From Candidatus Nealsonbacteria bacterium (GTDB lineage: Bacteria; Patescibacteriota; Minisyncoccia; Minisyncoccales; RBG-13-36-15), in the NCBI GenBank assembly GCA_011050465.1, contig DRFQ01000009.1:334-64333 (forward strand): a stretch of 64,000 nucleotides of DNA, written 5' to 3'. The position numbers and the translations under genes are program-made. The notes beneath the pieces are model-generated. The model was not told the DNA's origin. It saw nothing but the letters and a program-made list of their open reading frames with translations, and did not search any database. Shown here one piece after another: positions 55,862-63,963 of this stretch. Numbering within the stretch: the stretch's first letter is position 1; the number at the start of each line of letters is the position of its first letter.

Positions 55862-56959
55862 ATGAAATTTTGGGTACTCATTGGCTTTTTTTTGGCTATT
55901 GGGGTAATGCTTTTACCTCAAGGAGCACAGGCTCTCACCGTTTCCCCGGTGCGGGTGGAACTTGCTGCCGACCCCGGAGCAAACGTGAAAGGCGTGATTT
56001 TGCTTATTAATGAACAGGAAGGAACCAGAACTTTTTATTCTTCTCTTGAAAATTTTGAAGCTCTGGGAGAAACAGGCACACCAACATTTATTGAAAGCGC
56101 AGAAGGACTGGCAACGTGGATTGAAACTGCTTCTCAAGTAACCATAGAGCAAGGAGAGAAAAAAGAAGTTCCCTACACCATTATAGTACCCCAGGACGCT
56201 GACCCCGGAGGCCACTTTGCAGCCATTTTCTGGAGCACTTCTCCTCCCCGAGCAGAAGAGGAAGGAGGGGTTTCTATTGGGGTTAAACTCGGTGTTCTCA
56301 TATTGCTCCGCGTAAGCGGAGAAATAGAAGAGGAAGGAGGACTTCTAGAATTTAACGCTCAAGATAAACAAAGCTTTTTCAGTTCGTTACCCATAACGCT
56401 TACCTACCGTTTTCAAAACGGTGGGGGTGACCGCGTGAAGCCAGAGGGAGAGATAACGATAAAGAATATATTTGGCAGAATCTCAGCTGTTCTCCCAGCA
56501 AACGAATCTGAGGGAAATGTATTGCCCCAGTCTATTCGGAAGTTTCAGGTGACCTGGGATATAACCCAGAAGGAGGGCGAGCTCAATACGAGGCAGGCAC
56601 AAAAGGATGATGAGAAAGTTGGATTTTTTGGAGCAGTCAAAAGACAATGGAGCGATTTTCATTTTGGTAGATATACTACTCAGCTAAACTTAAATTATGG
56701 GGCGGAAAATGAAAAAGCTGAAGCTGGCTTCAGCTTTTTTGTTATTCCCTGGCAGCTTCTGAGTATTATACTTTTTGTGGTGATGGTTGTTGGTCTTCTT
56801 AGTAAAATAGCAATAAAGAGATATAACCAATGGATTATCGCAAGGGCCGTACAGATGCAAGTACCTAAAGAAATCAACACAACCAAAGCGAGGAAGAAAA
56901 TAAAAACAAACCTTCGTAAAAACAAAAGAAGCCAAGTAAAACGAAGTATTAAAAGATGA
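55862..56959 (+). CDS. Signal-peptide protein with two beta-sandwich-like halves, a C-terminal TM helix and a basic tail (DUF916/DUF3324-like, chaperone-like)
   Basis: AQA-LTVSPVRVEL start, PGGHFAAIFW, then a C-terminal TM helix (LLSIILFVVMVVGLL) and a K/R-rich tail. The architecture resembles CscA-type partners of WxL proteins. This is an inference. Confidence 0.55.
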   Translation: MKFWVLIGFFLAIGVMLLPQGAQALTVSPVRVELAADPGANVKGVILLINEQEGTRTFYSSLENFEALGETGTPTFIESAEGLATWIETASQVTIEQGEKKEVPYTIIVPQDADPGGHFAAIFWSTSPPRAEEEGGVSIGVKLGVLILLRVSGEIEEEGGLLEFNAQDKQSFFSSLPITLTYRFQNGGGDRVKPEGEITIKNIFGRISAVLPANESEGNVLPQSIRKFQVTWDITQKEGELNTRQAQKDDEKVGFFGAVKRQWSDFHFGRYTTQLNLNYGAENEKAEAGFSFFVIPWQLLSIILFVVMVVGLLSKIAIKRYNQWIIARAVQMQVPKEINTTKARKKIKTNLRKNKRSQVKRSIKR

Positions 56960-57997
56960 ATGAAGCCTTTTATCAATTACTTTTTATCGCTAATAATTAT
57001 TCTCATTTTCTTAGGTGTAACATCTTTTTTCCATATTCACGCTGCTGAAGAAACTGTTACTATTTCAGCCACCGTAGAAGATTGCGGTAATGACGTTAAA
57101 GGAGGAGATGAACAATGCGATGGCTCTGATTTAAATGGGGAAACTTGTGTGAGCCGTGGTTTTACTGGTGGCACTTTAAGTTGTAACGATAATTGTACTT
57201 TTAATACTTTTGGTTGTAGCTCAGGCGGAGGAGGTGGCGGAGGAGCCTATATTCCGCCTCCGCCGCAAACTGCAGTAAATTTTAGTGGTAGGGCCTATCC
57301 ACTAAGCAAAGTTACCGTTTTAAAGGACGGCCAAGTAGCAATAACCACCATAGCAGGTCCTGATGCAAATTTTTATATTTCATTATCCGGTTTGTCTTCC
57401 GGTAATTATATATTTTCGGTTTATGGTGAGGATAATAAACAAAGACGCTCTAGTTTATTTACATTTCCAGTATTTGTTACCAGAGGTGCCATTACAACTA
57501 TCAGTGGTATTTTTCTTGCACCCACAATTGATGTTGATAAAAGCGAAGTGAAGCGAGGCGACAATATCGCTATTTTCGGGCAGAGCGCGCCTCAAGGCGA
57601 AATTACTATTTCTATTAATTCAGAAGAGGAAATTTTTGTAAAAACTAATACTGATGCAGACGGTATTTATTTATATAATTTCGACACTAGTCCATTAGCG
57701 ATAAGACAACATCTTACCAAATCAAAAGTTGCTGCAGATGGGATTATTAGTTCTTTTAGTAAAACGGTAACTTTTAATGTTGGAACCAAGACAGTTTTCA
57801 AAGAAAAACCAGAATTTTTAAAAGGCGATTTGAATAATGACGGTAGAGTAAACCTTGTTGATTTTTCTATTGCGGCCTATTGGTATAAACGGTCGATCAG
57901 CGCTGAATTTGCCCGAAAGGAAGCCGAGAGGTTAAATAACGACGGCAAAATTGATTTAGTGGATTTTAGTATTATGGCATTTTATTGGACAGGATAA
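56960..57997 (+). CDS. Secreted protein with Cys-rich module, poly-Gly/Pro linker, Ig-like region and C-terminal dockerin-like repeats
   Basis: CGNDVKGGDEQCDGSDLNGETC...C..NC.F..C; GGGGGGGAYIPPPP; GDLNNDGRVNLVDFSI and LNNDGKIDLVDFSI (two EF-hand-like dockerin segments, about 57818-57994). Confidence 0.65.
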   Translation: MKPFINYFLSLIIILIFLGVTSFFHIHAAEETVTISATVEDCGNDVKGGDEQCDGSDLNGETCVSRGFTGGTLSCNDNCTFNTFGCSSGGGGGGGAYIPPPPQTAVNFSGRAYPLSKVTVLKDGQVAITTIAGPDANFYISLSGLSSGNYIFSVYGEDNKQRRSSLFTFPVFVTRGAITTISGIFLAPTIDVDKSEVKRGDNIAIFGQSAPQGEITISINSEEEIFVKTNTDADGIYLYNFDTSPLAIRQHLTKSKVAADGIISSFSKTVTFNVGTKTVFKEKPEFLKGDLNNDGRVNLVDFSIAAYWYKRSISAEFARKEAERLNNDGKIDLVDFSIMAFYWTG

Positions 57998-58023
57998 GAA
58001 CTTCATTTGATTAATATTTCAAT

Positions 58024-58947
58024 ATGCAAAAACCAATAAAATTAAAAACCCCAAATTATTTCCTAATAATATTGCTAGTTTCGGTACTACTTTTTGTTGC
58101 CGGGCAGGTTTTTGCAGCTAGGGTCTTTATAGATTCTAAGAGTCAAGAAATGAAGATAGATGCTCAATTTGAAGCGAGTATTTTTCTCGATACAGAGGAA
58201 GCATATATTAATGCGATAGAAGGAAAGATTATATTTCCAGCAGATTTATTAGAATTAAAAGAAATAAGAGACGGCAATTCTATTGTTAATTTTTGGATTG
58301 AAAGGGCAAGAGTTGAATCTGCGGGACAAGTTATTTTTTCAGGAATTACTCCCGGCGGTTATATAGGAGAGAGGGGTTTAATTTTTTCTATTATCTTTGA
58401 ATCGAAAAAAGAAGGTAGGGGCATAATTGAGATTCATAGCGCCAAAACATTACTTAATGACGGAAAGGGCACAGAGGCGACGGTAACAACTTCTGATTTG
58501 CAATTTCTTATATCTGGGCAAATGTCACCTTCTGAAATTTCAATTCCTGAGATTGTAGATAGCGATTCGCCAGAACCATTTGAGCTAACTATTGCTCAAG
58601 ACTCAGAAATATTTGATGGAAAGTATTTTTTAGTATTTACTGCTCAAGATAAAGGAGCAGGGATAGATCATTACGAAATCTTAGAAGCTAGTCAGCGCGG
58701 TTCTCTGCAAGGCTTAATAAAAAAAGAAGAATGGCAAGGTGGAGAGAGTCCGTACGTTTTGCGGGATCAAAAACTCAAAAGCTATATCTATGTGAAGGCG
58801 ATTGACAGAGCGGGGAACGAAAGGATTGCCACATTGCATCCTCAAAATTCGCTAAAATGGTATGAAAATTATTTCGTTTATATTATAATCATAGTAGGCT
58901 TCGTCGTTATCTATATGCTATGGCGGATTCTAAGAAAAAGAAAATAA
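58024..58947 (+). CDS. Membrane-anchored protein with cohesin-like domain
   Basis: N-terminal signal/TM. A cohesin-like beta domain (FEASIFLDTEEAYINAIEGKIIFPADLLEL). GIDHYEI...AIDRAGNE module. C-terminal TM plus RKRK. Confidence 0.55.
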   Translation: MQKPIKLKTPNYFLIILLVSVLLFVAGQVFAARVFIDSKSQEMKIDAQFEASIFLDTEEAYINAIEGKIIFPADLLELKEIRDGNSIVNFWIERARVESAGQVIFSGITPGGYIGERGLIFSIIFESKKEGRGIIEIHSAKTLLNDGKGTEATVTTSDLQFLISGQMSPSEISIPEIVDSDSPEPFELTIAQDSEIFDGKYFLVFTAQDKGAGIDHYEILEASQRGSLQGLIKKEEWQGGESPYVLRDQKLKSYIYVKAIDRAGNERIATLHPQNSLKWYENYFVYIIIIVGFVVIYMLWRILRKRK

Positions 58948-60722
58948 ATATAGAACAAGGGCATCATTATAAACCCAATAAAAGCACTGAAAAATTTGGC
59001 TTAGGCTTCATTTTTTTATTGGGTATGGTTTTAACGATTATTAATTTGACACTGCCTAATTTTGTATTAGCGGCAGATCTGTATTTTTATCCTTCCGTTG
59101 ATTCTTATAATGTTGGCCAGATTTTTTCTGTTATTGTGTATGTTTCGAGTACTGACCAAACAATGAATGCGGCTTCTGGTGTCGTCTCTTTTCCTAAAGA
59201 CAAATTAAATGTTATTTCTATTTCTAAAAGCGAATCTATCTTTAGCTTATGGGTACAGGAACCAATTTTTTCCAACAGTATCGGCACAATTAATTTTGAG
59301 GGTATAGTGTTGAACCCCGGCTTTATAGGATTAACCGGGAAAATCCTTGCCATAAATTTTAAAGCAAAAAATACTGGAAATGCATCTTTAGCTTTTTCTT
59401 CCGGTTCAGTATTAGCTAATGATGGTAGGGGAACAAGCATATTAGAAGCTATGGATTCTGCAAGCTATACTCTAAACTCAGAAGAAGTTACCTCTCAAGA
59501 TGAGGAAGAAAAAGAGTATATTCCGCCTAAAATTGGAGTACCGATTGCTCCAACGGTTTCTTCATCTACCCATCCCGATTCTGAAAAATGGTATTCAAAT
59601 AATGACCCTGAATTCTACTGGAAACTGCCGTCTGATGTCACTGGGGTAAGCTTCTTGCTTTATAAGAGTTCCATTGCTAACCCAGGACCAATTTCCGATG
59701 GCATAATGGAATCTAAAAAATTTGAAGATATTGATGATGGCGTGTGGTATTTCCATATCCAACTTAAAAATAAATATGGTTGGGGAGAAATTACGCACAG
59801 GAAAGTTTTAATTGATACTGTTCCTCCAGAGTTGTTCGAGATTGAAACCCAAAAAGATGACCCACTAGATCCTCGACCAAAATTTCTTTTTACATCTACA
59901 GATAATACTTCGGGAATTAGTTATTATGAGGTAAAAATTGGCAAGGAATATTCAGAAACAGTATCAGCAGCTGATATAAAAGAAAAACCCTATCAAGTAC
60001 CGCCACAGTCCCCAGGAAAACATTTGATTGAAGTTAAGGCATTCGATAGGGCAGGAAATTTTAGTTCAGATTCGATTGAAATCGAAATTTTACCAATTGA
60101 AGAACCAAGTATTTTGAATTATCCCGAAAGAATTAGAATTGGGGAGATTTTAGAGATTGAAGGAAGGTCGTTACCTGAAACTTCGGTAATAATTTTTATT
60201 CAAAGAGAAGAGAAGGTGCCAATTTTAGAAGAAGTTAAGACTGATTCTCAAGGAGATTGGAAATTTGTTTATGAGAAAGCTTTAGTCCAAGGTAGATATA
60301 GTTTCTGGGCTCAGGCTAAAGACGGGAGAGAAGCATTAAGCTACCCTACTCAAAAATATTTTTTTGAAATTGGCTTACCTCCTTTTTTAAAACTTGGGAA
60401 AATAACAATAGAATATTTAACTACCGTGGTTACTCTATTTATTTTAATCGTTGCAACCGTCGTTATTATCTTTTATGCTTGGTATCGAATTTTACTCTGG
60501 AGGAAAAAACTTAAAACGGAAACTACGGAAGCGGAGAAGGCCCTCCGTAAAGCCTTTAGTTTTTTGAGGAAAAGAATTAACGAACAGATTAGAATGTTCG
60601 ATTCTCGGCCTGGTCTAAGCGGAAAAGAAAGAAGAATTCGAGATAGCTTAGAGGATAGCCTAAAGATTGCCAAAGAAATTGTTGCCAAAGAAATTAAAGA
60701 TATAGAAAAGGAATTAGAGTAA
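58920..60722 (+). CDS. Membrane-anchored protein with cohesin-like domain, Ig-like modules, C-terminal TM and a cytoplasmic coiled-coil tail
   Basis: FSVIVYVSSTDQTMNAASGVVSFPKDKLNV is cohesin-like. GISYYEV...AFDRAGN is the same module as in the previous gene. TM helix VVTLFILIVATVVIIFYAW. It overlaps the previous gene by 28 nt, and the start is uncertain. Confidence 0.55.
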   Translation: MADSKKKKINIEQGHHYKPNKSTEKFGLGFIFLLGMVLTIINLTLPNFVLAADLYFYPSVDSYNVGQIFSVIVYVSSTDQTMNAASGVVSFPKDKLNVISISKSESIFSLWVQEPIFSNSIGTINFEGIVLNPGFIGLTGKILAINFKAKNTGNASLAFSSGSVLANDGRGTSILEAMDSASYTLNSEEVTSQDEEEKEYIPPKIGVPIAPTVSSSTHPDSEKWYSNNDPEFYWKLPSDVTGVSFLLYKSSIANPGPISDGIMESKKFEDIDDGVWYFHIQLKNKYGWGEITHRKVLIDTVPPELFEIETQKDDPLDPRPKFLFTSTDNTSGISYYEVKIGKEYSETVSAADIKEKPYQVPPQSPGKHLIEVKAFDRAGNFSSDSIEIEILPIEEPSILNYPERIRIGEILEIEGRSLPETSVIIFIQREEKVPILEEVKTDSQGDWKFVYEKALVQGRYSFWAQAKDGREALSYPTQKYFFEIGLPPFLKLGKITIEYLTTVVTLFILIVATVVIIFYAWYRILLWRKKLKTETTEAEKALRKAFSFLRKRINEQIRMFDSRPGLSGKERRIRDSLEDSLKIAKEIVAKEIKDIEKELE

Positions 60723-60857
60723 ATTAGGATCTGAAGCCAACATCATATAGTTTGCCAAAATTAAACCTGCTATAATCAAAGCAGGTTTAAAGTCTACCTG
60801 AAATGTTAATTATATGCCAAAACCGGCACCTCAAAATACTCTTTGGTATTCATAAAA

Positions 60858-60888
60858 TAGGTTCGAACAGCGTTCACGCCCCGCAGCA
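60858..60888 (+). pseudogene. Degenerate copy of the tRNA-Gln 3-prime half (taggttcgaa...gccccgcagca)
   Basis: It shares taggttcgaa and gccccgcagc with tRNA-Gln 37438-37461, but the T stem is disrupted. It marks the far end of the accessory region. Confidence 0.55.
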
Positions 60889-60993
60889 CTTCGACAAGCT
60901 CAGTGCAGGCCACCTTGAGCGCAGTATCGAGGCCGACCGTGAGGGCTTCCCGTTAGGGCGACCGAGATGGATATAAGTAAAAAAAATCGCTAG

Positions 60994-61767
60994 ATGAACG
61001 ATTTTTTGTTAGGATTAAGATATATGGCAGACGAAGAAATTGAGAAACATAAAATAGCAGCCAAAAAATTAGAATTGGTTAAAAATGAAGCGCTTCGGTT
61101 TATTAAAAGGAACCTTGGCCAGGTTTCTGAATATGATGTTCACGAATTTATTCTTTCAGAGTTTAGAAAGAAAAATTTAATAACCGATAGAAATAATCCC
61201 ATTCAGATCGTGGCCGTTGATCAAGATACAGCAATTGTTCATTATTTTCCGCCAAAAAGAAAATCAAAAATTATCAAAAAGAATAATTTAATTTTAATCG
61301 ATATTTGGGCAAAATTAAAAGAGAAAAACGCTCCCTTCGCTGATATCACTTGGATAGCTTATTCTGGAACAGATATACCAAAAGCTATTGAGAAGATTTT
61401 CAATAAAGTGATTACTGCCCAAGATGTCGCTTTAAATTTTATTAAGGAAACTTTAAAGAACAAAAAACTTCCCAAAACAAAGAATGTTGATGAAGCGGCA
61501 AGGAATTATTTTAAGAAATTTGCTTTAGAAAAATATTTTCTTCACGGCTTAGGCCATAGTTTGGGAATTACCGAGTGTCATGGAAAATATTTCCGTTTTG
61601 GGGAGAAAAGTAAGGCTAAATTAAAATCAGGTATTCCGTTTACTATTGAGCCTGGGCTTTATTTTAAAAATAAGTTCGGAATTAGAAGCGAAATCGATTG
61701 TTATATAACTAAAGATTTTAAGCTAATTATAACTACCGAAGTCCAAAAAAAGATAGTCAAAATTTAA
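60994..61767 (+). CDS. M24-family metallopeptidase (Xaa-Pro/creatinase fold), short form
   Basis: HGLGHSLG, FTIEPGLY and the SEIDCYIT region are pita-bread fold metal ligand motifs. Confidence 0.7.
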   Translation: MNDFLLGLRYMADEEIEKHKIAAKKLELVKNEALRFIKRNLGQVSEYDVHEFILSEFRKKNLITDRNNPIQIVAVDQDTAIVHYFPPKRKSKIIKKNNLILIDIWAKLKEKNAPFADITWIAYSGTDIPKAIEKIFNKVITAQDVALNFIKETLKNKKLPKTKNVDEAARNYFKKFALEKYFLHGLGHSLGITECHGKYFRFGEKSKAKLKSGIPFTIEPGLYFKNKFGIRSEIDCYITKDFKLIITTEVQKKIVKI

Positions 61768-61899
61768 CCCAAAATGAGATACCAAAATATACCCTTAAGG
61801 ACTGTTTCATTTGTCTCATCCCGGCCCTCTATGCTGTATGTTTATCTATTTGCTTAGAGGGCGGGACACCCCGGCCGAGCCGCGTTATTTACGAACTTT

Positions 61900-61951
61900 A
61901 AAATCGCCAACCTGTCCGCCTGTGGAGGAAAAGGCGGTTTTTTGATAGAAT
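61900..61951 (+). repeat. 52-nt junction module, second copy
   Basis: 50/52 identical to 47353-47404. Confidence 0.85.
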
Positions 61952-61962
61952 TAAATAGAATT

Positions 61963-62538
61963 ATGAAAATATCAAAGGCAGAATTTGTTAAAGGTGTTAT
62001 AGGGAACGATTACAGCCTGGAAGGCAATTTACCGCACGTCGCTTTTTTTGGCCGTTCCAATACGGGGAAATCAAGCGTGATTAACTCTTTAGTCGGCAAA
62101 AAAGATCTTGTAAGAACAAGCAAGATGCCGGGGAAAACACGAGAAGCGAATTTTTTCCGCATCAATGATTCTTTCTATTTTGTGGATTTTCCCGGATATG
62201 GATATGCAATGCGTTCGAAACTGGAGCGCAACAAAATAATCAAAAGGATTTTTTGGTATGTGGAGTTTTCCAATACGAGGCCCAAAGCAGTTTTCTTAAT
62301 TATTGACGCTCAGGTTGGTTTGACTGATTTCGATCGGGATATGATAAAAATTCTCGAGGCAAATAAACATCAAATTGTCATCATTGCAAACAAAATTGAT
62401 AAATTAACTAAAGACGCCGCGGGAGAACAGCTTTCCTCGATTCAAAAAGAAGTGCGAGATATACCGGTTTTGGGATATTCGGCCAAAACAAACGAAGGGA
62501 AAAACGAATTAACTAAAAAAATTGCGAGTTTTGTATAA
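61963..62538 (+). CDS. engB: Ribosome-biogenesis GTPase EngB/YsxC
   Basis: G1 GRSNTGKSS, TSKMPGKTR, DFPGYGY and NKIDK. ATG 61963 is preferred over the track start 61942. Confidence 0.88.
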   Translation: MKISKAEFVKGVIGNDYSLEGNLPHVAFFGRSNTGKSSVINSLVGKKDLVRTSKMPGKTREANFFRINDSFYFVDFPGYGYAMRSKLERNKIIKRIFWYVEFSNTRPKAVFLIIDAQVGLTDFDRDMIKILEANKHQIVIIANKIDKLTKDAAGEQLSSIQKEVRDIPVLGYSAKTNEGKNELTKKIASFV

Positions 62539-62609
62539 AATAAGCTGACCGAGCCGCGATTTACGAATTTTAAAATCGTCAATCTGGCGATTTTTTGATA
62601 TCCAAAAAC

Positions 62610-62638
62610 TTGACAAATTCAGAGAGATATGCTATGGT
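62610..62638 (+). promoter_or_regulatory. Sigma70-like promoter
   Basis: TTGACA (62610-62615), a 17-nt spacer, then TATGGT. Confidence 0.35.
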
Positions 62639-62842
62639 GTAGATGTAAGAGAGAGCGGGTATTTTAATATTAAATTTGTCATAGACGGCTCTCTCCAGGG
62701 CCGTTTCTTGTTTAGAGAATAGAACTTTGGAAAATAAATAAGGATTGTAACAATTGAGACGCTAGTCCTTCCGAAATTTCTCTTATCAAAAGAGAAGGGA
62801 AGTTTCGGACGGAAAGTAGCAAAAGAATGAAGGAGAGATTAG

Positions 62843-63100
62843 GTGAAATTCTTTGAGATATGGATGAGGACGGCGGATCGATTCGCCTCGGACACGAGAC
62901 AAGCTATCCGAGATAATGTCAAGATGAGGGGGACGGCAATAGTAGGATCTATGCTAGTCTTCCTCGTAGGTGCCGGTGGAATTATGATGGCACGAGGCTT
63001 CGACAGCTCTATGGTTGCATCAGTGTTCTCGATCATCAGCATTCTTGGACTCATGTCCATCGTCATCCTCGTCCTTTTGCCAGGCAAGCAAGGGAGGTAG
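62843..63100 (+). CDS. Hypothetical small membrane protein (GTG start)
   Basis: SD AAGGAGAG. Two hydrophobic helices. It lies in a GC-rich patch. Confidence 0.35.
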   Translation: MKFFEIWMRTADRFASDTRQAIRDNVKMRGTAIVGSMLVFLVGAGGIMMARGFDSSMVASVFSIISILGLMSIVILVLLPGKQGR

Positions 63101-63294
63101 CGGTGCTAGCCCGAAATCCTGGGCATTATGCTTCGCTCCGGCGAAGCAGGGTAATTGTTAAGGAGGACCACACCAACATCATCAGGTCCTCCTCCACTCA
63201 GAATTCATTAAACCTTAGTGGGTTGTGAGTGGAGAAAAGAACGAGTTTCCGCAGAAATGCGGACTCCGAGTAATCTTGGAGAGAGAGGAAAAAA

Positions 63295-63510
63295 GTGAGA
63301 ATCAGAGAGTCACGCACCTTCAAGGTTTTGGAGGGACTAAACCGAGAAATCGGGAACCTCCATGCCCTCGTCATACTAACCGTCTTCTTGTTCTTTTACG
63401 GGCTTGGATGGTGGTTGTTTGGCGAGAATGGCATGCTTCTGGGGCTTGTAGTCCTTCCATATGCGGCATATGTTATGCACAGTGCCGTACGGAGAGTGCG
63501 TCAGCGCTAA
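63295..63510 (+). CDS. Hypothetical small membrane protein (GTG start)
   Basis: Two hydrophobic helices, followed by the hairpin agagctcgc-ttcg-gcgggctct. It competes with the overlapping ORF 63225-63635. Confidence 0.3.
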   Translation: MRIRESRTFKVLEGLNREIGNLHALVILTVFLFFYGLGWWLFGENGMLLGLVVLPYAAYVMHSAVRRVRQR

Positions 63511-63765
63511 GGGCTTCGGCTCAAAAACAAGAGCTCGCTTCGGCGGGCTCTTCATGTTTCTATCTATCTTTTAGATGGGTTTTTGTTTTCAATCTGTCAA
63601 CAGACTTGTTATCCGCCTTTATTTTTTTAGGTTGACTAATTGTTTTTTAAATGTTAATCTTATATATAAGATAGTTGCCTAATGAAAATTTAGTCGAGTT
63701 TATTCGGGAAACTAAACTTTAGGATAAAACCTTAAAACATTAATTAAATTAATTTATATCTAATT

Positions 63766-63963
63766 ATGGAAGGAACAATTAAAACTCTTACAGAAAGAGG
63801 ATTTGGATTTATTACTGTTGATGGCGAAGAGAAAGATCTCTTTTTTCACGGTAATGAACTTAAGGATGTAAAATACGAAGAGTTGAAAGTAGGTGACAAG
63901 GTATCTTTTGAGAAGGCTACTTCTGACAAAGGACCCAACGCAGTAAACGTAACTCGTATTTAA
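63766..63963 (+). CDS. cspA: Cold-shock domain protein
   Basis: GFGFI (RNP1) and LFFHG (RNP2-like). Length 65 aa. Confidence 0.9.
   Translation: MEGTIKTLTERGFGFITVDGEEKDLFFHGNELKDVKYEELKVGDKVSFEKATSDKGPNAVNVTRI

Noticed and set aside
46118-62553. Classical integron
   Set aside because: No IntI-type tyrosine recombinase or attI is adjacent. The only tyrosine-recombinase homologue (6507-7382) is 30 kb away and looks catalytically dead. The region is kept only as a cassette-like organisation.
63225-63635. 136-aa ORF in the GC-rich patch
   Set aside because: Its Arg/Ala/Ser-rich translation has no hydrophobic core or start context. It overlaps the more plausible 71-aa two-TM ORF in another frame. 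Neither is certain.
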